Assembly: GCA_964016885.1 (NCBI GenBank)
Contig: OZ024740.1
Coordinates: forward strand, 144,770,001 to 144,834,000
From: Eledone cirrhosa
Lineage: Eukaryota
Reading direction: 5' to 3'
Length of the DNA stretch: 64,000 nucleotides
Shown: positions 24,538 through 37,735 of the stretch, piece after piece
How the letters are laid out: every line of letters begins with the position of its first letter
Position numbering within the stretch: the stretch's first letter is position 1
Program-made: the position numbers and the translations under genes
Notes under the pieces: generated by a model
Told to the model about the DNA's origin: nothing
Databases searched by the model: none
Seen by the model: only the letters and a program-made list of their open reading frames with translations

Positions 24538-27500
24538 ATGATGATGATGATATATAGTGTGTGTGTGTGGTGTGTGTGTGTGAGTGTGTCTGATGGCTGC
24601 AAACTCTGCTAAGAAAGAGTATTGCAATCACTTGTCAGATTATAGAGTTTAGTACACTTTTAGGCTACGGCCAGCCACACGAACCATTTAAAATACCTGA
24701 ACAAACAATGCCTGTGCTTTGAAGGTTTTTTAAGTGGAGAAAGGCCTTGCACTCGACCAATCCCACTCTGAGCATCGAAAACACTAACTGAAAAGGAGAA
24801 CTGGTCAACATCATTGGATGCTTCCGAAGCCGCAGGGTTTTTTTCTTTTTCAGAGTTTCCCTCCTAGGAAGGTGTTGTGACAACAACTGGGAGCCTTTCA
24901 TTCCCAGGTGAAAAAAAAAGTGTGTATCTATCTATATATATGTGAGAAAAAAAAGTGTGTATCTATATATATGCGTGTGTGCATTTGTATAAATGTATAT
25001 CTACACAATAAACGCCCCCAGTACACACTGTAAATTGGTTGGTGATAGGAAAGGCATCCAGCCATAGAAAGGACCTGACAATCTCCCTAGTGTTGGTGAT
25101 CTACACGATAAACACACCCAGTATACGCTGTAAAGTGGATGGTTATAGGAAGATTATCCAGCTATAGAAAGCTTGCCAAACAAAGGCTTGGGAAGACCTT
25201 CAGTTGTGTCAAAGACATGACAACCTATCCTGTGCACTTAGTAGAATATGCAACTGTACATAAGCCAGACACAGATCCCTGGCTTGTCTTGGAGATCAGC
25301 AGCTCTGATTCAGTACTTACTTGGTCTATATAGACCCATCCAACCCTTGCTAGCATGGAAAGTAGACATTAAAATGATGATGATGATGTATATAGACATT
25401 GCTTGCAAGACTGTATCACTCTACTTCTTTTCCATGTGTCTATGTATCAGTGGTATTGAGTTATTCTCTCTATTCAGTACCTCTTACTTTCATCCCTCTT
25501 TGCAATCACCAGTTTGACTTTTTTGACATTCACAACTCTCTCCTACTATTGCCTATCTCTCTTTGTCATCTATCACTTGCTCTTTCTTACCAGGTGCGCG
25601 ATCAGATTAGTTTTAGAGTCTATATAAATAAAAATTAAAGTTCTGATAACTTGATATCCCTTTAAAAATGATTGCATACATTTATACTGTATAAACAGAG
25701 TTATATTCTCATTTTAAAATCTTTTGTTGAATTAACTTATGCCGTAGAAAACCAGCCAGAAACTCTGCTATATGAGCGAGACACGGTCTCCTGACCCAAC
25801 TTGCCTCTAAATGCGACAAACCACTCTAACCCATGCTAGCATGGAAGATAGACGTTAATTACTGATGATGATGAATATAGACTCAAATTTATTGGATAAC
25901 TTTATATACAAATAAACATTTCTGTGAACTCCTTCCAACCTAGATAATTTCAGCTTTATAATGAACTATGTTGTTGATTGTATAAAAATATCATGTTAAG
26001 TAGATTATGTTGGATTTTCTTTAATTTAATCCATGATGTAAGCAATATCTCATTTCTCTCCAGAGTTGTAACTGGCTGTATTGATGGGATTGCTTACCTG
26101 GTAGATGATAATTGATATCCTTTCACTATTACTTTGTTGTGTAAAATGACCATGGCATATCATTTTCACTGATTCAGCTCATAGAGCTGTTAACAGACAC
26201 TGTAAACAATTAAGCATTCTATAATTCATGGCTTTAATAACTTGATGCACTGAGTTCATATCCTCTTTTTGGAACTGAAGAAAGCAACAGAAAATCATTG
26301 TAATGTGTCTTCCATTGCTTCTTTGTTTCAAGAAGCAATTTTTGTTAACCTGATTAGTTATGAGACTAAGCATCATCATTTTACTTACCACTAGAATAGA
26401 TCTTCTTTAGTTTCAACGATGAGTATTCCATTAGTTTGATCAACATAACTGCATGCTCATTAAATTAACATGCAAGTGGCTGAGCATTCCACAGGCACAT
26501 GTACCCTTAATGTAATTCTGGAGATTCAGTGTGACAATGCATGACAAGGCTGGCTCTTTGAATTATGGTTACAGTCCAGCCAACAGGCTTCCAATCAGTT
26601 TCCACAAGGCATGGGTCATCCTGAGGTTATGGCAAGACCTGATTTCAAAGTGAACCTCTTCCCACTAAAAATCTTTGTCCTGCCTTGGCAGCCAGTGGTT
26701 TCATCCCTGTCACAATATTCTACCTTCAGATACTATTTTCTTTAACCATCTCTTAACCACCTCCTGGTTTCTTTATCCCTTTAGCCTTTACATTACTCTA
26801 TATTTACTATTATATTTTCACGGTAAAGGCTTTACCTAACATAATCATCTCACATAATATTGAATCTATGAGATTTTGATATTATTTATTTTGAGAACAA
26901 TACTTTAACATTAGTATGAGTAGCCAGTTTGAACTGAAAGAGGTGAGAGAATTCTGGTTGGATACACTTGGTTTAAATGCTAAAGAGTTAAACTTGTCCA
27001 TAGACATGTCTATGGACAAGTTTAACCCTTGTCTACAGATTAAAGACTGTGACCAAGCCGTTCTATTTATTTTTATTTTTTTTTATTTTTACTATGATTC
27101 AGCCATTGACATCAAAAATTCATTTTCAATTAAAATAAAAGCTAATAAGCACTCCCTTCTCTTTTACTACCATTGAATTATATATTCACTACTATTTATA
27201 AATTGTACATGCTATCATAGTAAAGACTTTATAAATCTCATTTTACAATTCATTTCTCAAGTTTCTTCACTATCATGTTCTACCTGCTTTTACATAATCA
27301 CACTTGCTTATCAACTAGAACATTAGTTGGTCAATCATAAACTTCACTAGAAGGTACACACCAGAAGATAACTGAAAAGCTAATCAGATGAAAGCTACCT
27401 GCAAAGAAATGTTAAGGATTTTCTTAAATGTATATTATGATTCTACAAAATATATATTAAACTCTGTTGATTATACATCTAGAGGATGGTATCCGATTTG

Positions 27501-30500
27501 TAAAAGAACACAGAATTGTAAATCACTAGACAGGTTCTCAACAAGTCTAGGTTGTTTCAGTAAAAAACCATCACAAAACTGAAATTTCAGTTTGTCTATT
27601 ATTGTACATAGAGCTATGTGTATCACAGTAACCATAGTTTATTGAAATTCCTCCCAGCAGTAATTGTCAACCAAATTGATTTAGATAGTTTGTATAACAA
27701 ATTGCAGGAGGTGTTTTCTACCTCTAGCTTCTGCTGTCTTCCTCATTCCATGCTTCTAAAATCGTATAGTGGGTTATTCATCTTCTTAGAAAAATATCCG
27801 CATGAATTGATTTTGTATTTTACCACACAAAACACATAAAAATGATTTAATTATTTTCAAGCAATCTTAATTTTCATGAAAAATAGTTTATTCTTATGGA
27901 TAACTTGTATTTGGAATCCATGATTAACAACAATAAAAATTACAGAAAATTTATTGTAGTATTGTCACATATCCATTTAAAGTTGTTTTGCATTAATCTT
28001 TTTTTACAGAAGGTCATTGAAAAAGAAATATATAATAAACATGGTGCCTAAGGTCAAAATATGTTGTAATTATGTAACATTAGAATGATATTTTGACAAT
28101 AAAATAGTATCAAAATACCTTGACATTGTTCTGTAACTTATATATGCCATGTGACATGTAATCAAATAAATCTGCTGATTAAATCTTATTGTTATGGCTA
28201 AACCCAGTTATTTAAGAAAGTGTGTGAACATTAATAGATTCTTCAGATCATTAAAAGATTTTTTTCCGTTTCTTTTTTTTTATACTTTAATCCATAAAGG
28301 TATTTGGTGTTATTTGACATTAATTCAGATATAGAACTCAAAATATTTTTATCCATTCCTGAACATTTTGTAAATTATGTACTATTGTTAAAATGTTAAC
28401 ATATCACGAAGAAGTTGATACATGTTAAACTGCCGTTTTATGTTGTTGCTTGACCTTCTAGAAATATAGCAGTAAAATAATCTTAGTCATAGGCATGACA
28501 CATAATTAAAAAGTTTGTTTAGCAAACCTATAATTCCAGGTTTGTTTCTGTTGGGCAGTTGTCTTCCATAGCATTAGGTTGATCCAATCCTTTTGAGAAA
28601 ATTTGGGTAGATGCAATCCAATGAATGTTTCATGTAATCCAACCATTCAGACCAAGTCTCTAGTATGAGGATAACCCATAAATCATAGATTCTTCTTTCT
28701 TTTCTTTTTTTACCAGTGTTAGAACCCAGCAAAGGGTCATAAGTGTTGTACTCCAAGATTGGTCTTAACCCTTTCTAATAAATTGAATTAATTACTGAAG
28801 AATTTGGAGGGATTTACTAAAACTCTGTTGGGAGATTTTAATTTTATATCAGAAACATTTAAAATGGGTGGCTTTGTTCCATAGAAGCAAAAGCAGTTTT
28901 GGGTGTGTTGATATCAAAAGGGTTAATTTTTTTGCATCTAAACTAACATTCGTATTCATACAACATTTAGTTGATCTACACATTTTCCAACTGTTGAAAA
29001 TATTATCCCTTCATTGTCTAATTTTCACAATCATTTATCATTACACTTCTGACATTCAAATCAAATTCATTTCATGTAATAAAAATACTCTTGTTTTTAG
29101 TAGTCTCTGGATGTTCTCAGGACTTTTGGTTATGATAGCTACTTCTTTATTGCTACTTCCAACTCTTATGCAACCAAAGCAAGAAAACCTATTTAATATC
29201 TCATGAAGTGAATGAAGCTTCTTTTTTTATCCTTCCTTGCACAATCAGGTTGAGGGCTTCCTGATGACTGTCTTGCCAAGTGCTATGTGCTTGGTAACTC
29301 TTAATGTGTACCACTTTAAACTGCATTTGCATGACATTTTTGAAAAATACAAACCAGCACTATGACTGCATCACATAAAAACGTTTTTACTACAATACTG
29401 CAATTTTTCACACTGGTGTGTCCACTAGTAAAGCTACTATAAACATTTGAATTAACAAACTTGTTTTTTGATACTAAATAATTACTGGGTGTTAAGAGTC
29501 AAGGAATTTTTATGAGATAATACGAAGGTTGTTTCCTGTCACCATTGAGTATTTTTACAAGATTCTATCTTTATCATACACTAATATATTTGGCCTTATG
29601 TCCTCATCTGGGTTGTAGTCACAATATTTCAGCTGATTTACCTGCTAGCCTGTTGTATTTGGTCATGATCTCAGAATTTCAAACCAAACCCATTTATTCA
29701 TTCAATGGAGAAAATTGTTTCTATTTTATTGTCCATGCTAGAAATATTCTCATATTAGTTATTAGACTTCTGATACTGCTTGCTTGTTCCACTTGAATCA
29801 AAGTATAATATGGGCTCACTGATCCACTGGTTCAATTCACACCCAGCAAGTAAATTAGAACCCTGGACACTTGACACTTAATTAATGCTTATATTCACAA
29901 TGTCGTTATCTTATAGGTAGTAGAAAATAGCTGCTTTAACACTTCACACTCTGTACTACATGAAAACACATTATCAAGACTTTTTTGAAAAGTACAAAAC
30001 AGCATTATGACCACATTATATTAAAAATGAGTTTCTACTACTCCACTGCAGATTTTCACAATGATCTTTCCTAGTAAAGATATTTCAAACCTTTTTTTAT
30101 GGGTCATAGGCATAATGTTCTTTCTTATTTAAAGGCTTCATATGGTGTTTATCTTTGTTAGATGTAAATGAGGAGGTTACAAATTCCAATTACATACACC
30201 GTTTGTTTCACTTATATCTTCCAGTGTTATTTGCTATCTGCAACCTTGATTTTGTTTCACAAGAGTTGGTGACTCTTCTTTTGCTTCTACAAATGATTTT
30301 CTGTCTCCTCAAGGATTACAGCTTTACAATGTCTATTCTTATATTGAAAGGGCAACTAATCTCATCTGTATATTCACTATTCCAACTCTATGGGATAGGA
30401 TGGGAGGGTTATAATAGCTTCTGATAGACACTATGTCCCCTTAGGGTATACCTGTTTTGAATATTTTCCGGATGTTGTACAGACTACAGATCTTGTGAAA

Positions 30501-30599
30501 TATTCCTGAAATGCCTATAATGTTAAGTAGACAAATTATGGCAATTGTTTGCTAATGTTTCCAATCTTTATTTCTCTGCTCTTGGAAGATGTTGCTATA

Positions 30600-31290
30600 C
30601 CCACATGATAGTTATTCTGAAGTTATTCTAATCCTGATCATGCCTTGTTGACATGTGTCTGGATCACTACTTATTAGTATTGCTTGATATTGTAAACCAC
30701 AGACAATCTCTTTCTTTACACTGTTTGTATGGTGGGAATCAAAGTTTGTATACTGTTTAATGAGTGTGAGTTTGTGATATACAGATGTTATGAATCCACA
30801 CTCTGCATGAGTAATTTGCACATTCAGGAAGGATAGTTTATTGTCCTTTTCTTTTTCTCTTGTGTATTGAAGGCCCAATAGTACTGAAGGTCCTAATAGA
30901 GTTCATATGGCCCAATAGTACCTCTGCTTCATCTTGATGAGGCCAGAGTATAAAGGAATCTTTTATATATCTCAGCCACATGGTTAGCTTAAGTCATTTC
31001 TTTCCTACACCCATTTTCTCAAAGTATTCTATGTATATATTTGCCATCACTGGAGATAATGTAAAACCCATAACTATGTCTTCCTTCTTGGAAGTATTGT
31101 TGATTGTACTCAAAATGTCAACATTTCCATCAGGTTATTTATCAGGATACTGGAACGTTGCCTAAATGAAAGATCCAATTGTAGTTTATCTAGATTAACC
31201 AATAGAACCTCATCTGTTGGAACCTTGGTGAATATGCTCAGTGAGTGACATGTTCTGCTATGACAACTGACTATAGGTCTTCCGCTATGA
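30600..31290 (-). mobile_element. Degenerate Penelope-like element, RT region
   Basis: Minus strand gives SIFTKVPTDEV, VMGFTLSPVMANIYIEY, WLRYIKDSFILWP (decayed YVDD) and QYTREKEKDNKLSFLNV...TSVYHK...YTNFDSHH. Confidence 0.8.
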
Positions 31291-32078
31291 CCTATAAAGA
31301 GATTTTAATTAAGGAAAACAAAAAAAGAAACATTAAAACTAAGAGCATGAAAAAAAAGCTTGGTTTAAAGGTTTGAACTTTCTTCACCTATGGGATAATG
31401 TCATAGTTTATTAAATGTCAACTGTTAAGTGTTGCTATTTACCTGGTGGGTATCAATTCATTCCCTTGGTCAGTGAAACTATATATTCTAGTTCAAGTAG
31501 AACGAGCAAGCAGCATCACAAATTTGATAATAATTAACCCTCTTGCTACTGTATTTATATTGATATACACTCTTTTTGCAATCAATTAGTGAAGAATTTT
31601 CAGGGATTTACTAAAATCATTATTTCATGACTAAGTTAGTAACAACATATGAATCTTATATAAAATTATGTTGGAAGATTATGATCTAAATAGGGTGGTT
31701 TTGCTTTATAGAACCTGTGGCAGTTTTGACTAGTTTTGTATCAAAATAGTTACTCTAAAAATATCCATGGCATTAGGCACTTGCAAAAAACACTGTTTAA
31801 AATATTGTGACTATAACATTCAAGCTAAGACACAAGTTTATAATAATGATAATTTCTCATCTCAAAAATTCAGAATAAAATACATCACCTTGTCTACTTG
31901 ATAGAGGCAAGTTCATCACACCTGCCTGGGTATTCTTAGTACAAGAGCTAGAATATATACTGCAAAGCATTTTGTTCAGTGTTCTAACATTTCTGCCAAT
32001 CCTACTGCCACCAATTATTTTAAATTGAGATATGAAAATAAAAAAAGGGTTTGAACAAAACTGAAACACACACACACA

Positions 32079-32119
<41 letters not shown>

Positions 32120-32552
32120 GCAGGATTGTTAGAACATCATGGTATTTGTTCTAGCTCATTACATTCTGAGTTCAAATCCTGCTGAGGCCTACTTTATCAT
32201 TCACCCCTCTGTGGTTGATAAAATATAGTACCAGTCAAGTACTAGGGTCAGTTGAATTGATTAACCCATCCCTTGTGCTTCTGTTATAAAATATTATTAA
32301 TCGCTAGAGGAGTGAACCTCAATAAGAATTTAAAAAATCCCACCATGGAGTGGCAGCATGGTGGTCATGTGATATCAGTAGAGGAAACTAGAGTTAAGTC
32401 AATGGTGGTTCAGACTAGATGCTGAGTGGAAGAATGCCATGTTAACAGTCAGGATCCAAAGTTGTTATTAAATGAAAGACTGTTGCATGTACTGACAAGT
32501 AACACTGGATGTGAAATTGAAACTCATTTTGTTAAATAGTAATTTAAAAAAG

Positions 32553-32553
<1 letters not shown>

Positions 32554-32584
<31 letters not shown>
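32554..32584. repeat. Poly-C tract (31 nt) followed by A9
   Basis: Directly visible; ends 42 nt before the exon at 32627. Confidence 0.95.
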
Positions 32585-32586
<2 letters not shown>

Positions 32587-32626
32587 AAAAAAATGTTAAC
32601 ATTCTATTTTCTTTTTCTCTTTATAG

Positions 32627-32710
32627 AATCGAGAATTACAGATCATGAGAAAATTGGAACATCAGAATATAGTAAAACTGAAATATTTTTTCTATTCCTC
32701 AGGTGAAAAG
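32627..32710 (+). CDS. GSK3B: GSK-3 exon, 84 nt (not in the ORF track)
   Basis: ctttatag|AAT...AAG|gtaaat. Encodes [28 protein letters not shown] (alphaC helix, priming-phosphate Arg). Confidence 0.97.
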
Positions 32711-32789
32711 GTAAATTAGTTTGATTATATAAATTTACAAAATAATTTATATGATAAAACATTTATGCTGAAAAGCATCTTTGTATTTG

Positions 32790-33590
32790 TAATGGATAGA
32801 TTGAAGGAATATATGGAGACAAAAAGGTATGTGGTAAGTGAAAACAAAAGGAAGGTGGACGTGTGTAGGAAGGTTGTTTCAGTGAACACCATTAAATGTA
32901 TGCACTGAGTAGATACATTGAAAATGTAGTGATGTGAAGGGATTATTTAATAATGTGGCAGCTACATTTAAGTGTAAAAAGTGTATGGAGAAGGCTTTAA
33001 GCTGGATCTTGGGAATAGATGGAAAGTGAGCAAACAGTTTGTTACCTAGGTTGAATGGAGAAAGTGGATCAGACTTGGCAACATTAGCTAGAGTGAGATG
33101 TGTATAGAAGAAGTTCCAGGAACTGAGTGGTGTGCTAATGAAGAGAGGAATGTCATTGAAACTAAAGGGAAAGATGTATGCAGCATTTCTGAGAAGTGAC
33201 ATGATTTATGGGAGCAAGACATTGATAATGAATGTGGAGCAACAGAGAAAGATGGAAGGAATGATAATGAAAATGGTCCTATGGATGAGTGGGGTATTAT
33301 TGAAAAACAGGAAAACAATGAATTCCATAGGATGATGGGAATAGATCCTGTGATGAATGTTGTGAAGAGGAATGGAATGAGATGGTTGGGTCATGGAAAG
33401 TTACTAGAAATGCATGTAGAACGAAGTAGAGAAAGGGAATGACTGAGAAAGACCTGGCTAAAGATAATGGAGAGGGAATGAAAGCCATGGGGCTTGGTGA
33501 AGGGGGATTTAGACAACAATCAAAATGGAGAGTTTAGTCATGAGGACTACGTAGCTAAACCCTGCTTTAGCAGAGACGATGACCTTAAAA
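32790..33590 (+). mobile_element. Old RTE-type LINE fragment
   Basis: ORF 33132 reads KRGMSLKLKGKMYAAFLRSDMIYGSKT; upstream is a decayed Cys-rich stretch (TIKCMH...FKCKKC). Confidence 0.75.
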
Positions 33591-36187
33591 TGCATATTGT
33601 GTTTGTTGTATTTGCAATGGCTTACATTTGAGCCTACCCTTTCATTATTATATTTTTTATGAAAAACATTGCCTATGATTTCCAAAATATTTTAAAAATA
33701 AGAATTTAGTAATGTAGCTATAGGAAGGGCATCCATATAAAACCTGCTAAACAAAGGATCGAGAAGTCTCACAATACTAAAGACTATACTACTATACCAA
33801 AATGCACTTGTTAGAGCCCTAGATCCACCTGAAGGTCAGAGGCTTCACTTGACTACTGACCAGTCTGTGACATATCCAACCCTCTCTAACAGGGAAAATT
33901 GATGTTAAACAACAATGGTGATGATGAACTAATTTCATCGTTATTAAATTAGTGTTTAGTGCCAGAGTGATTGGGCAAGTTTTGCCTGCTGTAATCTCAG
34001 ATTGACTAAGCCTTATAAGTGAAATAGGTAGATGGAAACTACAGAAGCACCTCATATATATGTGTGTGTTATCACACGTGTTTGTCTTTGCATTTCTTTG
34101 CATTTGATATGGTATAGGCAGGTAGTAGTGTTTATGTCCTGTAACTCAGCAGTTTGACAAATGCAGTACAGTGAATTTTACTTAAAATAGAAGTAAAGGT
34201 TAGTATCAGAAAGGGTATCCAACGGGAGAATGCTGTCTCAAAAGGTCTCATCCACTCATGCTAACATGTTGAAACAGGTGTAAAAATGATGATGATGATG
34301 CATGACTAGGTGAAGTAGACTGAATTTTATTGTCAAAGGTGTAAATGTAAGGATTGCAGTAGAATTTACTAGCATATTATTTCAGGCATGTGTATGATAA
34401 ATTATTAAACAACTTCATCGTTATCATCATATCATGGATAATATTGGAAATATACTTTTGTCCTGTGTCTTCCTGCTGATTACTCTTGTGCATTTGTCAT
34501 ATATGAAGCTTGAGTTCTCTGTTAATGTACTAAATATTTAATTGCATTATTTATGAACATATTTGCATTCTATACACACTTATAACTTCCTATTTATTCT
34601 CTTCCAAGATGGCACTGGTTTTGTGATTTCCATGACTATCACTTTGGTCTTTGCTGTGTTGGTTGTTAGGTGTTTCAGATTTGGTACTTGTTGTTAACTT
34701 TTTGATAGATTCTGCTTTGAGAACCTGGACATTAACGTATATAACGTCTATGACCATATGTTATAGCCTCAAGAATTACCATTGGCTTAAGAAAGTTGAA
34801 GACAGTTGTAATCAATATTTAAATACACAGTTAATTGTTCACTGAATTTGCTGAAAACTCTGACTTAGCTGATAAAAACACCTTCGTACATCACTTAAAT
34901 AGATCTCAAACAATTTATCTACATCTAGTTTCCTTGTCACTTGATTACAGATTAGGTGACTTTGTCAAAGACCTTCCTCAGGTTAACAAATGCAAAGTAA
35001 ATTGTTAGTTCTTAGCTAAGAATTTATCTTGTAGTTGTTTCTTCATAAGAAATATGGTGTTGACAGTTCATCATTCTGGTATTAACCCTATCCTCTACTA
35101 GCTTTGCTAAAAACTCTGTTACTTTAAAAAATTGACTCATCAGTTTATACTACCAGTAATTTCCCCTTTCCAGAATATTACTATTCCTGTTAATGGGAGT
35201 ACACTTCCCTAGACTACCTGATTAATACATTGCTGCTTAACCTGCAATAAATAGCTGCCAATGGCTTATGGGGTATGTTTTGGGGGTTGTTTCTAATTAT
35301 TTTGTTAAATATACTACTGCCGTTCCTGTTTGTGGTTGTGGTGTTCTGAAAGCATTGATTATGACTTTTAGTAAATTTGTTCTATTGAGCCTTTTTTGTA
35401 GTTTATTTAAGTGTTTTTGTTTTCTTCATTGATGTGTAAGAGTACACTGTGATGATGTTTAGTGGGTAAAGAGAGTTGAAGAATTGTTTGTCAAGTGGTA
35501 GCTAGGAGTAATCATCATCAACACCATTTAATGCCTATATTCCGTGCTTTCACAGGTTAGATGGGTTGTCATGCACTGAGGCTAAATTGGTCAGGTGACT
35601 ACATCTTGCTTGTGTCCTTTATTGGTCTCCTTTATTTAGGGTGTTTGTGAGAGTGTTAGTGTTGTAATTGGCATGTGTAATGTGGTTGGATACTTGGTGA
35701 GACAGTAGACTCGAGAAAAAATAATAGCAAAGCAGAAAGATTATACGCCAGTTGTTCAGTAGTAGATGAGATTTAGAGAATGTATGTAAGCATATATGGA
35801 ACTTTTAAAGCAATGTTGATTAAAACTAATTAGATTCGAGTCATATAATTTCCCATATTTTTTGCATGTGACCGTCATTAGAAAATGTAATTCTTTTGTT
35901 ATTTTGAATATTGTGACACTTTTTTACTCAAACACTTTGAGAATGTAATATAGATGTTGACCTAAATATACAGTTAATAGAAAATTATACAAAGATGTGG
36001 CAAATAAAAAAAATACTGTGAAAAATTGACAATTATATTTTTCAAGAAACATCTAAAGAAACGAATCATGTCAGCTTAGATGATAGATGAGAGAATTTTA
36101 TTTTGATTTGGTGTTCTTAAAAGTTACACCATTTCAGCAGATGATACCTGAACTGTTAGCCAATTAAACTTCCTAACTCATAACATA

Positions 36188-36365
36188 TTAACTCTTAATA
36201 TCCTGCAATGATTTAGCAGGTTTGTTAATTGAAATATTTATATCTTTACTATTAGACATATTAGTGTGAAAATTTACTGTATTAGAGTAAAGATGTCAAT
36301 TTTTCATGTAATAAGTCATAGTGCTGTTCTATACTTTTCAAGAATGTCTTACTAATAAGAGTTAA
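36188..36365. mobile_element. TTAA-flanked MITE, family C
   Basis: TTAA-CTCTTA...TAAGAG-TTAA termini. Relatives at about 2640-2725, 9490-9579 plus 10719-10822, 19342, 20400-20645, 29320-29500, 29940-30090, 63662-63860. Confidence 0.7.
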
Positions 36366-36483
36366 TGTTATTCTTGTATTTCAATGCGTAATATTTGCGT
36401 TTATTTAATTAAAGTTTTATAAATCTAGTTTACAGAAACTTTTATTTATTAAAATTTTATTTTTTTAATTTTTGCTATTTCAG

Positions 36484-36594
36484 AAAGATGAAGTATTCCT
36501 GAATTTAGTCCTGGAATATGTTCCTGAGACTGTGTATAGAGTAGCTAGACATTATTGCAAGTCAAAACAAACAATACCAATCTTGTATATTAAG
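36484..36594 (+). CDS. GSK3B: GSK-3 exon, 111 nt
   Basis: tttcag|AAA...AAG|gtaaat. Encodes [37 protein letters not shown] (hinge region). Confidence 0.97.
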
Positions 36595-37735
36595 GTAAAT
36601 GAATTTCTATTTGTTTTTCAATATACTAAATCCTCATTGAGAATGAAATGGGCGTAGACATTGCTGTGTGGTTAAGAAGTTTGCTTTGCAACCACACACT
36701 TCTTCATAAAGTGTCTTCTACTATAACCTCAGGGTGATCCATATCTTCTGGGTGAATTTGGTAGATGGAAATTCTAAAGAAGGCTGTTGTATTTGTGTAG
36801 TGGAGGTATGTGGTCTAGTAATTAAGGAGATGGACTCACGATCATTATGTGGTTTTGGTTACTCGACCAGGCAGCATCTTTTTCAGCAAGATACTTCATT
36901 CGACATTGCCTTTCATAACAGCACTGGGGTTGCTATCATCAAAACACCAAAGAAACGTTCTATGAAATGCAATCCCATAGGAGGCCAACTAAACTTACTT
37001 AGGTGTGTGCTATAAATTTGATTTTATATATATATGTGTGTGTGTGTGTGTATCATCGTTGTTATTGTGACACGACAAAAAGCACCCAGTCCAGCATGTA
37101 AGGTGGTTGTGCTGGTGACGCAACAAAAAGCACTGTCAACCCTGTTAGATAGTTGCTTTGGTGCCATGATGAAAAACACCTGGCCCACACATGGTTGGTG
37201 TTAGGTAGGTAATCTAGTTGTAGAAACCAAGCCAAAATACAGATCCCTATGAACAAGACGTGATCTCCGGACCTGAGTTGTCTCATAACCTGACAACCTG
37301 TCTAACCCATGTAAGCATGATGATGAAGATACACATATATACACACACATACACACTGACCATCAAAATCTGAACCTCTCACCAAAGATGACAAAGATCC
37401 ACAAGTAGTGGCAACTTGCTGTATAGGTGAAGACTTGCCTACCTGCATAAAATGTACCCCCCCTCCTCCTACTATCACCCCTTAGACGTTGTTGCCCACC
37501 CTTCCATATCCCTACCCCATCCAGGAATGCCCTAACACCCACTCAATCCAGGTTCACTATTCGACCTAGAATCACCCCCAGCCCTACACCCAAAATCCTA
37601 ACTCACCAATTATAACTCCACTCAGTAACTATTATCATCACAGAACCTCCCACACTACCAGTGATCACATATTCTAACACCCACACAAAACCCAGTATCA
37701 CCCTCATTCCCATCCCACACAATACAGAGGACACT

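Noticed and set aside
36511-36522. Hinge residue Glu (LEYV) as in vertebrate GSK3A rather than Asp as in GSK3B
   Set aside because: Common in invertebrate single-copy GSK-3. The GSK3B symbol is used by convention and the gene is likely co-orthologous to both.
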